Shown piece after piece: positions 9,174 through 22,127 of a DNA stretch of 64,000 nt. Position 1 is the first letter of the stretch. Every line of letters begins with the position of its first letter. The notes beneath the pieces were generated by a model. The model saw nothing but the letters and a program-made list of their open reading frames with translations, had not been told where the DNA came from and did no database searches. Source of the stretch: Macrostomum hystrix. Its lineage: Eukaryota; Animalia; Platyhelminthes. The translations under genes were made by a program, and so were the position numbers. Location: assembly GCA_950097015.1 (NCBI GenBank), contig CATNEN010000005.1, positions 3,410,001 through 3,474,000 on the forward strand. Direction: 5' to 3'.

Positions 9174-11647
9174 ATGAGCTATTTTATTAGCAGTCTGAAA
9201 ATGACCCCTTACGGACTAATCGTGATTCTGCTGTTCTACTTGGAAGGCAGTTCAGCCAGAATGGCATATTATCAAATTGGCAAAAACTTCAACTACATCG
9301 GCTGCTACATAGACGACAGCAACAGAGACCTGCCAAATCAAGACTCCGCGTCGCCGCAGTCGCCGCTGATCTGCTACAAATACTGCATCAACTACAGGTA
9401 TTTCGGGCTGCAGAATGGCGGGCAGTGTTTCTGCGGCAACGCTTACGGACGCATTGGTCCCGCAAATAACGCTGACTGTGGCCAGGCGTGCAACGGCGAT
9501 AACTCGGTTGCCTGCGGCGGAGTCTGGAGGAACAGCATCTACTCAATAATTCAAGGTGAGTTGATTTTCAACTTTGGCAAGTCTATATGGCTTAGTTTCA
9601 TGGTAGGTAAGTTTAATCGGGTAAGTTTCAACATTTTGAATTTATTGAAATAAAAAAATCTGCACAACCAATCTGTCACTGCCAATGCAATAAATATAAT
9701 GACTGATATTGCTGACAAGGCAGCAAATTTTATTCAAGTTCGTTTTGTTTATTTTTTACGCGAAGAATTCGCTTATAGTTTGAAAACATCGCAATTTTTA
9801 ATTGTCTAATAGAAAAAGTTCTGCAGGTATCTAACCGGTAACTTCTTCAGTAATCTAACAGGTGAATCCTACAGTAGTCAAACAGGTGAATCCTACAGTA
9901 GTCTAACAGGTAAATCCTATAGTAGTCAAACAGGTGAATCCTACAGTAGTCTAACAGGTGAATCCTACAGTAGTCAAACAGGTGAATCCTACTGTAGTCA
10001 AACAGGTGAATCCTACAGTAGTCTAACAGGTGAATCCTACAGTAGTCTAACAGGTAAATCCTACAGTAGTCTAACAGGTGAATCCTACAGTAGTCAAACA
10101 GGTGAATCCTACAGTAGTCTAACAGGTAAATCCTATAGTAGTCAAACAGGTGAATCCTACAGTAGTCTAACAGGTGAATCCTACAGTAGTCAAACAGGTG
10201 AATCCTACTGTAGTCAAACAGGTGAATCCTACAGTAGTCTAACAGGTGAATCCTACAGTAGTCAAACAGGTGAATCCTACTTTAGTCAAACAGGTGAATC
10301 CTACAGTAGTCTAACAGGTGAATCCTACAGTAGTCAAACAGGTGAATCCTACAGTAGTCTAACAGGTGAATCCTACAGTAGTCTAACAGGTGAATCCTAC
10401 AGTAGTCTAACAGGTGAATCCTACTGTAGTCAAACAGGTGAATCCTACAGTAGTCTAACAGGTGAATCCTACAGTAGTCAAACAGGTGAATCCTACTGTA
10501 GTCAAACAGGTGAATCCTATAGTAGTCAAACAGGTGAATCCTACAGTAGTCAAACAGGTGAATCCTACTGTAGTCAAACAGGTGAATCCTACAGTAGTCT
10601 AACAGGTGAATCCTACAGTAGTCTAACAGGTGAATCCTACAGTAGTCTAACAGGTGAATCCTACTGTAGTCAAACAGGTGAATCCTACAGTAGTCTAACA
10701 GGTGAATCCTACAGTAGTCAAACAGGTGAATCCTACTGTAGTCAAACAGGTGAATCCTATAGTAGTCAAACAGGTGAATCCTACAGTAGTCTAACAGGTG
10801 AATCCTACTGTAGTCAAACAGGTGAATCCTACAGTAGTCTAACAGGTGAATCCTACAGTAGTCAAACAGGTGAATCCTACTGTAGTCAAACAGGTGAATC
10901 CTACAGTAGTCTAACAGGTGAATCCTACAGTAGTCTAACAGGTGAATCCTACAGTAGTCTAACAGGTGAATCCTACTGTAGTCAAACAGGTGAATCCTAC
11001 AGTAGTCTAACAGGTGAATCCTACAGTGGTCTAACAGTTCAATCCTACAATAGTCTAACAGGTGAATCCTACAGTGGTCTAACAGTTCAATCCTACAATA
11101 GTCTAACAGGTGAATCCTACAGTGGTCTAACAGTTCAATCCTACAATAGTCTAACAGGTGAATCCTACAGTGGTCTAACAGTTCAATCCTACAATAGTCT
11201 AACAGGTGAATCCTACAGTAGTCAAACAGGTGAATCCTACATGAACCATGATCCCATCATGAACCATGATCCCATCATGAACCATGATCCCATCATGAAC
11301 CATGATCCCATCATGAACCATGATCCCATCATGAACCATGATCCCATCATGAACCATGATCCCATCATGAACCATGATCCCATCATGAACCATGATCCCA
11401 TCATGAACCATGATCCCATCATGAACCATGATCCCATCATGAACCATGATCCCACGAACCAAGTTTGCAACTCATCTGGAGGGCCACCCGGCTAATAACT
11501 GTCATCCTTCTTCCAGGGTTCTGCTGCGTCCTAGATGCCAAAGTTGAAATAAAAAGGTGCATTCCTGTCTCTATAGTTACAGTCTTTATTTTTACTTTCA
11601 TAGCCGTCAGCATCGTCGATATATTCAGCGATTCTGAAATGTACTGA
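9174..11647 (+). CDS. WSC-domain protein 3, probable type I membrane protein (exons 9174-9555, 11517-11647)
   Basis: Signal GLIVILLFYLEGSSA; WSC YIGCYID...CYKYC...YFGLQNGGQCFCGN...CGGVWRNSIY; phase-1 donor G|GTGAGT 9555/9556 fits acceptor TTCTTCCAG|GG 11516/11517, giving TM IPVSIVTVFIFTFIAVSIV. Exon 1 strong, exon 2 inferred. Confidence 0.75.
9835..11240. repeat. 24-bp minisatellite (AACAGGTGAATCCTACAGTAGTCW)n
   Basis: Direct reading; fills the WSC3 intron. Confidence 0.97.
11241..11460. repeat. 18-bp minisatellite (ATGAACCATGATCCCATC)n, ~12 copies
   Basis: Directly abuts the 24-mer array. Confidence 0.96.
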
Positions 11648-12079
11648 AATTATATTGACTTCCTGAATCCCGACCGGATGTTCCGCTCAGTCGCTCTCAC
11701 TATACTATACAATGAAATCACTATTAAGTCACTATACAAGCCAGTTTGTGGCACGGAGAAACGGCGGTCGCTGGGGTACTTATTATTAAAAAATGTTTTT
11801 TCCAGGAAACACGAAGCGCATTGTTTGGCAGCCAGGACGGTCGTGTGCTCCCGGTCACTGCCATACACCTTCTGGATGACATTCAGCATTCCGGTGTACG
11901 CCTCTAGCTCGTCGTCACAGTTGACAATATAGCTTCGATCCTGCCATATAAGCCATATAATTCTCGGCTTGGGCTCTCAGAAATTCTTAATATATCTAAT
12001 CTGGCAAATCGGGCTTTCAGAAATGTAAAACTCTACGAGCAAGGTGCAGGCGACAACATCTGCTGGCACAACTTGGAGC

Positions 12080-12300
12080 CGAAATTAGACATAGTCATGC
12101 TGCAGGAACTTTCTGCAATTTCCACCGAGCTGGGGCTTCTCCAGGGACATCTTGTGAGCATGCTCTGCGCCATAAAGCACCCACAGCTGCACACCCGATG
12201 GAGCATCGGCAACTGGAGGCGGTCGCTTAGCGCGATTTGGTGCTGGTGCTCGGAGAATTCAACGCGACAGTGCGCCACGTTGGAGGCTGATCATATGCGA
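12080..12300 (+). mobile_element. Degenerate non-LTR retrotransposon APE endonuclease fragment
   Basis: KLDIVMLQE (~12082-12108) and, in another frame, DLVLVLGEFNATV (~12234-12272) match the APE motifs LDI.alQE and GDFNA; spacing shortened, frames broken. Confidence 0.55.
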
Positions 12301-15300
12301 GAAATAATGCACTGAAACCAGGTCGTTTGGTCGGCTGTTATCTAGCTGACGGTCTGCAAGGGACGCAATGCGCTGAACTACTTAGCGGGTGACACGCCCG
12401 AATAACGTCGAAACGAGCTCAGTTCTTCGGTATTTTTAACGCGACATATCGCTTCCGTAGGAGGCTCGCGCTGCCTAAAGAGAGGGCCTCCTTGTAGAAC
12501 CAGTCCCATCACCATCGACGGCTTGCAAGATGACACGAGGAGGCCAGGCCACGGCCCACAGGACCTGACGACTTACCAGTGTAGGTGCTGCGTCTCCTTC
12601 TCGAGTGGCGCAGGAAGTCTCGTGAGTGATTAACTGTGTGCTCGCCTGGGGCACTGCGTCCCTCCCTAGTGGCGATCTGTGCACATTTTTTGTTAGAATC
12701 CCATAGAGAAACCTGCATATGGTCACGATCGATGAGCACCGCGAAATCTCATTGGTGTCAGCTGTTGCACCGTGAAACTGTACAAGGGTGCTGCTGACGT
12801 GGCTGTGGCTAGTACTGTACCCTTTCCAGTTTCAGAATCACCTGTTTTACTCAGTGGTACTGCAATTATAAATGCACCTATGCAGCACCTACACTGCAGT
12901 TATACATGCAGTTGTACTCTAGAACTTTGTTTGAACTTTAAACTACAACTACTATACCGTCGCACTTTTGATTGACGCCCTTTTGATCAGTATAGTCATT
13001 AGCCAATTTTTCTTGAGCTTCGAAAAAAGGCTTCAATGTTTAATGTGAACAAGGTTTCCGAAATAGGCTAAGTATCAGGATCAGGTCAAGGATCAGGATC
13101 AGGCACGGGCTAGTTTTACTATACGATCGGTATCATCTTCATCACAATGACAATTAGATATGAATTGGTCTGCAAATTCTTTGTATTGTACATAAATCTT
13201 TAAATGCTTAGAGAAATCCTTAGAGCACGGCGCGACTCGTGCATCGGTCTAAACTTCGTCAAAAATTGCTTTTGCCTCGGGAAATTCCGACTTTAAACCC
13301 ACTACTACTGATAGCGCTATTGTAAATCTAATAAAGACTTAAGAAGGAACTATCGTACTCTAGCTGTGTAAAAATTATTGGTTATAGTCCATCGAAAAAA
13401 CATTTTTCGCGTCTGCGAAGCTGCGTCTGCTTTGATTGCGTTTTGATTAATAAAATTCGAATATTATTGCTTGGATGAAAACACCGAAAGAGGATAAAAC
13501 AAGTATGAAACGATTACTTTACTTTTAAATGAGTTCTTAAGAAAAAGAACATTGTATTAAAATATAACACTTATTTTCACTTACATTTTTTGTATGCTAT
13601 TGCAAATCAAATACATCATCGATAAGTCATCACTAAGTTTAAATACTAGGAAATTATTCGCCCTTCCAGGAAGACAATAAATTCCTATATTCTCTGTTCA
13701 TTCACTTACCCTAACTCTAAATCTGTCTGGCACGAATAGTTCTGCATAAAAACTTATGCATCGTGTCTGTATAATAACATTTTCTTTGTTCTCTGCTTTA
13801 TTTAAAAATTCAGCCATATAGTTTTTGTACATTGATTAAGTTTTCTACCTATAAAAACCGTAATGTCGGAAAATGTGTAATGTGTTTAATTTTTGTGTCT
13901 CTTAGACTTAATGCTCTAGAATTGTACTTTTTAATTAATTATGTTCTTGAAAAACAGTTTTGTGCAACGAAAACTTTTGCAAGTGTCAAATATGTCTGAC
14001 AATGTAAATTATATAGCTAATATCATCTATATCATGTGTAGCGTGTAGTTGAAATAGGCAGGCGCATAATTAGCAGTTTGGTTCGGTGGGGTTCGATTTT
14101 TTGTTTTGGTTCTGCACCCTGACTTTAAAGCTGCTGTTCATTTACTCTGTATAGAAACTTTTGAGGAAAAAAATGACAAACTGTGCAGGAGGATGTATCT
14201 CCCATACATGCTTGAATATGCCACGCCCATATCCATATGCCAGGTCATAGGCATAGGGTCTCTTTCATATAAATAAAAAGTGTTTTTATGGCTATATTTT
14301 AGATACTATCTCTGCCATTTAAATTACAGCCCAATACTAGTTTGAGCTGTATAGACATATTGTGTCCTTTTTAATGTAATTTTTTAATTGGCACATGTAT
14401 TTTATTGCTCTAAAAATATGGCTCAGCTATTATTTTTTGGTTGATATAGCAGTTTTGTACATTTAATTATTTCAATTCAAATTTGCAACAAAACTGTAAT
14501 TGCTTTGTATATATTTTTTTCATTAGACTTGATTCTATAGTTTAAATAAATTTAAAGAAAGCACTAAATGCTAACTTTTGACACATTCAAAACCAATACA
14601 TATATTGGGGGCCTATTTAGAATTCACAGCTCGATATGATTATGGACTTTTGTCCTAGTCTAGCTCTAAGGATTTAAATGCCAATAACATATTGCAGGTT
14701 GTTTCCCTTGTCTACAGCCTGTTTGGGGACTGAAAGGGCTTATACTTCATGGAGTTTATACTTATTTTGATATTATTATAGCTGTATATATACTTATGAA
14801 CTCATATTTAGATTGCATGCAGCAAATAAAATTATATATTCACTTGGGCACTGTTGGTAATTCAAGCTCTAGATATTTCAATGCTACTTCTGTGTTTGAG
14901 GGTGGTATGGGGTATGTCATTCCAGGAATTAAACTATATTAAGTAGTACAGTAGCAAACATCAATATGCATTAGAGAGCAGACAATAGTCTTATTGAATT
15001 TCTGGTAGTTAAGTTTATCTGTATGTGAGTAAAATGCACAATTGAAGAGATGATAGAGAAACCAATAATATTTTTCTATAAGTTTGTCTAGGTACCTTCT
15101 TTGTGTTCCTTGAACTATCCATGTTTATCACTATCGCTATGTGTTGCCACTATTTGCTTAGTGGTCAGTATATTATGCATTCAAAATCCCCTCCTTGTAT
15201 TTAGTTTGATTGCCGCCAAATAAAATTAAAGTGCCCTGAGTCTAATAAATATGATTACTTTATTGTAAACTGTTTAGTCTTCTACTAAAATTCTCAATTT

Positions 15301-15634
15301 GTTTTGATTATGCTTGCTACTTTTGAAGTCTTCGGTTGGGCTTTTTGGTAAAGTAAAATCCATAACTTGATATGGGACCCTATTTTTCATAAATCATTTG
15401 AGTTCCTCAAAAATATGTTTCCATATCTGACAGGATACTGGAATTTACCAAAAAAGAAGATTAAAAGAATCTAAAAACACACATTTGTAAACTCAAGTTT
15501 TACAAACTTTCTAATTCTCCAGTTTGCAGTAGTAAAACTATTATCAAGATAAGTCTTGTCAAGAGTAGACAGTCTCAGAAGAATAAAGTGATAAAAAAAG
15601 TGTGACCAGGAAAAAATCTGAAAAGCTAGCGATC

Positions 15635-18600
15635 ATGGCCAGCGCAGTTGCCGAGCCAGAACTAGACGAGGCAAGACGCGCCAAGAAGAAATCCTCGCGC
15701 AGGCATCGGGGTGAGGCTGAAGAAGGCGAACGGCATTCTTCTTCTAGGCGAAAGAAATCGTCGGCAGATGCCGACGCGCCTTTGCCTGTCGACGACGCCG
15801 GCGAGCGCAAGAAGAAGTCTAAGAAGTCTAAGCACAGCAATCGAGAGGACGAGACGCCCGAGGAACGCGAAGAGCGTCGCAGGCGTCGACGCGAGAAAAA
15901 GGCGGCCAAAGCCGCAGCCGCTGCAGGAGTCGAAGTCCCCGCCATTGACGACATTCCAGACGATCGTCTGCCTCAGCGCGTTGTTGAAAATCCTCCGGTG
16001 CCACTGTCGGACTCTGAGCACGAGGATGTTGTTGAAATTGTCGAGCGCCACATTGTGACCGCGCCGGCGCCTGATCCGCCGCAGCCGTCGCGTCCGCCTA
16101 AACCGGCCGTGAAGCCGAAGCCGCCACCGCCAGCTGTGAAGCCGAAGCCGCCGAAGCCTGTACAGCAGCCGCCGCCGCCTCCCCAGCCAACTCCGCCTCG
16201 GCAGGAGCCGCCTCCACCACCAGCTCGTCGTGCAGAAGTGGATGACGAAGAGGATCAGTCATCTGGTGAGGATTATCGGGGCAGCGGGAAGCAACCGCAG
16301 TCGATGATGAAACGATGGGACGCGGCTGAGGACATGCGTTATCCGTCTGCTGGCGGCGCCGCGCAACCTGGCAATAACTACGACGACGAAGATGATGATG
16401 AGGATGATGTACCAGACGAAGCCGCTGCTATGCCGCATGGCAACGGTAATAATAACAGTCTGGGCCAGTGGAGCCAACAGGGTGAAGGTTATCGTCAGCT
16501 GCAGCAGCCGCAGTATCAGCAGCGCTGGCAGGAGCCTGAGGAACCTCAGGAGGCTTACGGTAAGGATTTTTTTGTTTATTTATCATTTGCGGCATAGATG
16601 AAGAAGGACTAAACACCTAAGATAACTTTACACAATCGGTCTACAGGCCGCCGAGCTGTTCCGCCACCGCCGCCATCGAAGCAGCAGCAGCAGCCGCAGC
16701 CGTCTACTCAACTGCCAGATCCTGCCGATCCATCAGCTCTGCATCGCTACCTAGCTGACAATCTGGAGGATAGCGAAGATGATGAAAATCAGCAGCACCA
16801 ACAGCAGCCGCAGATGCCGCAGCAGCAGCAGCAATATCAGAACTATCAGGATCAGCAGCAGCATCCGGATGTTGACGAAAATGGTGCAGCAAATGATGAT
16901 TATCGCTATTATCAGGTAAAATTCTCTATGATACATTGTTAACTCTAGGGGGTTGTAGCGCAGTAGCTAGAGCGTAGGACTCACAACTTGAAGAGCGTGG
17001 GTTCGATTCCCGACTCCAACTGTACGGCTCGTAACTTGTAAAATTGAGGTTGGGTGTGGAATCCATGGACTGAACAGCCGTACACAGTCTTCAGATTTAG
17101 CGCGCAATAGCAGCGGCTGTGCTGTCTGTGCTATCTGACCCAATTTGGGTAGGTGTAATCAATTTTCATTAGAATTGTTCGCCATGTTCTAGCGAAACTT
17201 TTATCAGGTTTTCTATTTAAAAAATGTTTGTTTTGCAGGATCGCTACGATCAGCAGCAGGAGCAGCAGGCCTACCAGGATTATCCTGAGCACGATCAGCA
17301 GCAGCCAGATCCTGAGCAGCGTTTCTCTGAAATGGTCGAAGCCGACATGACGCCACAGGAGCCTCCGCCGATACCGGAGGGTCGCAAAGGCGGCGGCGGC
17401 CTCCTCGGACGTCTATTCTCTTCGTTTAGACGCGGCGGTAGTTCGTCTTCTAAGCGGAAGCCGTCTCAGCAGCAGCAGCAGCAGCAGCCGATGCCGCCGC
17501 AGGCTCCGTCGCAACACCCGAGCGAAACTGGCATTGATCAACAGCCTGGTCTGGGTGAACAAGGAAAATGGCGTTCCAATCCCAGCATGTTCAATGCTAA
17601 TGAAAATGCCACACCTGGTAACACGATTGACCCGAGATTGCAGCCTACTGCAATGATGCAGCAACAGCAGCAGCAGCGCCTGATTCAGGCCGGTATTCGC
17701 ACTGTGCCAGACACCGAAGTTCGCGTCATCCTTCTAGATGGCGAAGAGATTGGCGTGCCGCTGCCTCGCAAAGCTACTGGCGCCGAGCTAATGGCGCGAG
17801 TTTGCGAACACATCGACGTTCAAGAGACAGACTATTTTGGTCTGACCTACGTTGATGCCAAAGAGCGGATGTGGTTTTGGCTAGACAACGAAAAGAAAGT
17901 TCTGAAGCAATTGAAGCACTGCGATAACAGGATGCTAAATTTTCAGGTTCGTTAGCTATATATTAATAATATATAATCTTTTGTTTCAAAAGCTGATTCA
18001 TTAAAATTACTGGAAACTTGCAGGAAAACGCCCCTATGTATATATGTACCATATTCTAAACTTGCCTACTTACGTCAGTAGTGTAGTTGGGGCCTGCAAA
18101 TATTTATTTAGAAAATTCCTACCTCTTCAAGAGGCTCTCTACGTGTGTTAAACGTGTAAACAGCGATTTTAAATTTTACTTATTGTCGACTGTTGAGGCT
18201 CTTAGGTGTGTTGTTAACTCTTTAGATTTACTCATTAACTTCTAAGAAACTGTCTTCCTTGTTAGTCACCCGTTTTTGTGCATTTTTAGCTTGCTTAGTA
18301 ATTTAGAAATAACAGCTCTCTATTAAGAGTTGAGTCTAAATTCGAGCCCTACAATCTCCGTGATAAAATTGGTTGGGAGACGGATGGGATTGGAGTTGCA
18401 GCAAAATTTGCATGCTTTTTAAAGAACGTTGATGCAGAGGCAAAACCTATAGCTTGCTAAATAGTATTATAAGAGTTGAATATTATGAATAATCTTTTGT
18501 TTCGGGTTGCTTTTTTGTTGTTTTGAAGGAATACTATGTCTCCTACTCGTATTTAGTAAAAAAAGCTTTAGTTTAAGTTCTTTAAGGCATATATATAGCT

Positions 18601-21600
18601 GTATTAGCTTCTTTGCTCGCATTCAACCTCAATGCAGGTCGAGAGCCTCAAAGGCTACTTTTGCTTTGGGTTTCCTCTAGTGTGCAGAGCTGGGACTGGA
18701 ACACGCGAGCTTGTCGTGGCTTCTCCATGCTGTTTATTAGGCTTTTACGCCCTTCATATGTCTACATTGATTGTGATTGTAAAAAAAAATTATTGCATTT
18801 CTATGTCCACAGGTAAAATTCTACCCGCCGGAGCCCAACATGCTATTCGCCGATGTGACCCGCTACCAGCTATGCCTGCAGGTTAGACAGGACATCTACA
18901 CTGGCAAACTGCCGTGCACCTGGGTTACCCAGGCCCTGTTGGGTTCTTTCCAAGTTCAGTCCGAACTAGGCGACTACGATCTAAGCGAGCACGGCGAAAT
19001 TGACAACATCGACTATTTGCAGAACTTCGAATTTGTTCACAATCAGACGGCCGAACTAGTTAAAAAAATAGGCGAATTGCATCGCGGTCACAAAGGTGTC
19101 ACGCCCGAAGTAGCCGATTTGCGCTATTTAGAAACCGCCCGACGCCTAGAATTCTACGGCGTCGATTTGCATCCGGCTCGCGATCTAGACGATGTGGACA
19201 TCACCATCGGCGTCTGCTTTGGCGGCGTACTAGTCTATAAGGATCGAATGCGAATCTCTCGCTTCGCCTGGCCTAAGATTCTGCGCATCTCCTACAGAAA
19301 GAATCTGTTCTATCTGAAGATTCGCTCTGATCTATACGACAATGTTGAAGCTGTTGTCGGATTCAAGATGATGAATCACAAGTGAGCTTCCCAGTTCGTC
19401 ATCCGAAATGTGCCCTTCAGTCATCGTCCCGCAATCCTAAATGTGTCCTTCCTAATCCTAAATGCGTCCTTCCTAATCCTAAATGCGTCCTTCCTAATCC
19501 TAAATGCGTCCTTCCTAATCCTAAATATGTCCTTCCTAATCCTAAACGTGTCCTTCCTAATCCTAAATATGTCCTTCCTAATCCTAAATATGTCCTTCCT
19601 AATCCTAAATATGTCCTTCCTAATCCTAAACGTGTCCTTCCTAATCCTAAATATGTCCTTCCTAATCTTAAACGTGTCCTTCCTAATCCTAAATATGTCC
19701 TTCCTAATCCTAAACGTGTCCTTCCTAATCCTTAATATGTCCTTCCTAATCCTAAACGTGTCCTTCCTAATCCTAAATATGTCCTTCCTAATCCTAAACG
19801 TGTCCTTCCTAATCCTAAATATGTCCTTCCTAATCCTAAACGTGTCCTTCCTAATCCTAAATATGTCCTTCCTAATCCTAAATGTGTCCTTCCTAATCCT
19901 AAATACGTCCTTCCTAATCCTAAATAGTCCTTCCTAATCCTAAACGTGTCCTTCCTAATCCTAAATATGTCCTTCCTAATCCTAAACGTGTTTTTCCTAA
20001 TTCTAAACGTGTCCTTTCTAATTCTAAACGTGTCCTTCCTAATCCTAAACGTGTCCTTCCTAATCCTAAACGTGTCCTTCCAAGTCTTAATAATGTGTCC
20101 GTCAGTTCATTGTCCACCCACTATTGTGTGTCTCTTCTATCCATTTTCCTTGTTATTCTCCCTGTCTCACAGTAACAAGTGTGTTTTCCGTAGCGATAGT
20201 CAAGCGTAAAAAACGAACTTCAACTCACAAACAGGTGGGCCAAACGCCTGTGGAAGATAGCCATCGAGAATCACGCATTCTTTCGTCTGAAAGAGGCCCA
20301 AATTGAGAAGTCGGGCAGTCGCAGTTCGCTGAATTTCATTCGCGGCAACAGCAGCCACCGTTTCTCTGGTCGCACAATGCACCAGTATCGCACAGAGGGT
20401 GGCACACTTCGACATTCGGGCACATTCGACCGCTCCCTGACGAAGCGAATGTCGGCCAGTCTGCCCAGCCTCAAAGGTTCTCAATACGGCTCGTTTCACA
20501 GTTTAAATCGAATGCATCCGCGCGACATGCGACCGGTTCAGTCTAACCTGCGGGCTAGCACTAGCGTCGTTGGTAGTCGCGGCGTCATCGGCGGCAGTAG
20601 TCGAGGCGTTTCTGCCAGCATCGGCGGCGGTCGCGGCGGAGGTGGCAGAGCAGGCCAGCAGCCAATGATGATGGCTCGCACAGGCAGTGTCAGCATTCTT
20701 CCCACTAACGCCTTCAACAGGCCATCGGTACGTGGACTGCTCGGGTCTTCGAGTTCAGATTGGCTATGGTCTCTATGCTCAAGAAGGACAGGCTATGCTC
20801 AAGAGTGACAGGCTATGCGCAAGAGTGATATGCTATGCTCAAGATTGACATGCTAAGCTCAAGAGTGACATGCTATGCTCAAGAGTGACATGCTATGCGC
20901 AAGAGTGATATGCTATGCTCAAGAGTGACATGCTATGCGCAAGAGTGATATGCTATGCTCAAGAGTGACATGCTATGCGCAAGAGTGATATGCTATGCTC
21001 AAGAGTGACATGCTATGCTTAAGAGTGACATGCTATGCTCAAGAGTGACATGCTGTGCTCAAGAGTGACAGGCTATGCTCAAGATTGACATGCTATGCTC
21101 AAGATTGACATGCTATGCTCAAGAGTGACATGCTGTGCTCAAGAGTGACATGCTATGCTCAAGAGTGACATGCTATGCTCAAGAGTGGCAGGCTATGCTC
21201 AAGAGTGACGGGCTATGCTCAAGATTGACATGCTATGCTCAAGAGTGACAGGCTATGCTCAAGAGTGACATGCTATGCTCAAGATTGACATGCTATGCTC
21301 AAGAGTGACATGCTATGCTCAAGAGTGGCAGGCTATGCTCAAGAGTGACGGGCTATGCTCAAGAGTGATACTCTGTGCTCAAGAGTGACATGCTATGCTC
21401 AAGAGTGACATGCTATGCTCAAGAGTGACGGGCTATGCTCAAGAGTGATACTCTGTGCTCAAGAGTGACATGCTATGCTCAAGAGTGACATGCTATGCTC
21501 AAGAGTGACAGGCTATGCTCAAGAGTGACATGCTATGCTCAAGATTGACATGCTATGCTCAAGAGTGACATGCTATGCTCAAGAGTGGCAGGCTATGCTC

Positions 21601-22127
21601 AAGAGTGACGGGCTATGCTCAAGAGTGATACTCTGTGCTCAAGAGTGACATGCTATGCTCAAGAGTGACATGCTATGCTCAAGAGTGACGGGCTATGCTC
21701 AAGAGTGATACTCTGTGCTCAAGAGTGACATGCTATGCTCAAGAGTGACATGCTATGCTCAAGAGTGGCAGGCTATGCTCAAGAGTGACGGGCTATGCTC
21801 ACGAGTGACGGGCTATGCTCAAGAGTGACATGCTATGCTCAAGATTGACATGCTATGCTCAAGAGTGATACTCTGTGCTCAAGAGTGACATGCTATGCTC
21901 AAGAGTGACATGCTATGCTCAAGAGTGATACTCTGTGCTCAAGAGTGACATGCTATGCTCAAGAGTGACATGCTATGCTCACGAGTGATGCGCTATGCTC
22001 ACGAGTGACAGGCTATGCTGAAGAGTGGCATTCTGTTATTAAGAGTGACAGGTTCAGCATCAATATTCTCTATCCTCCTAATCCGCAGAGCCGGGCTCCT
22101 TCAACAGCAAGTGACGACCTGCTGTAA
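15635..22127 (+). CDS. Band 4.1/coracle-family FERM protein, 1000 aa (exons 15635-16559, 16647-16915, 17239-17946, 18813-19381, 20235-20727, 22089-22127)
   Basis: GT-AG joins keep one frame (3003 nt). FERM motifs VILLDG, DYFGLTY, NFQ|VKFYPPEP, TRYQLCLQVRQDI, FYGVDLH, FAWPKILRISY, AKRLWKIAIENHAFFRL, then FERM-adjacent RFSGRT. Start ATG and last micro-exon less certain. Confidence 0.9.
16948..17160 (+). mobile_element. SINE family A copy lacking the central domain (FERM intron 2)
   Basis: A box TAGCGCAGTAG, B box GGTTCGATTCCC, tail TCCATGGACTGAACAGCCGTAC...GCGCAATAGC. Confidence 0.8.
19432..20080. repeat. 21-bp minisatellite (CCTAATCCTAAAYRTGTCCTT)n in FERM intron 4
   Basis: Direct reading; PNPKYVL ORF is an artefact. 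Confidence 0.96.
20772..22050. repeat. 20-bp minisatellite (CTATGCTCAAGAGTGACATG)n in FERM intron 5
   Basis: Direct reading; variant blocks repeat at 260 bp. Confidence 0.97.

Noticed and set aside
11650-11980. Minus-strand open stretch (IWQDRSYIVNC...)
   Set aside because: No recognisable domain, splice context or partner exon.
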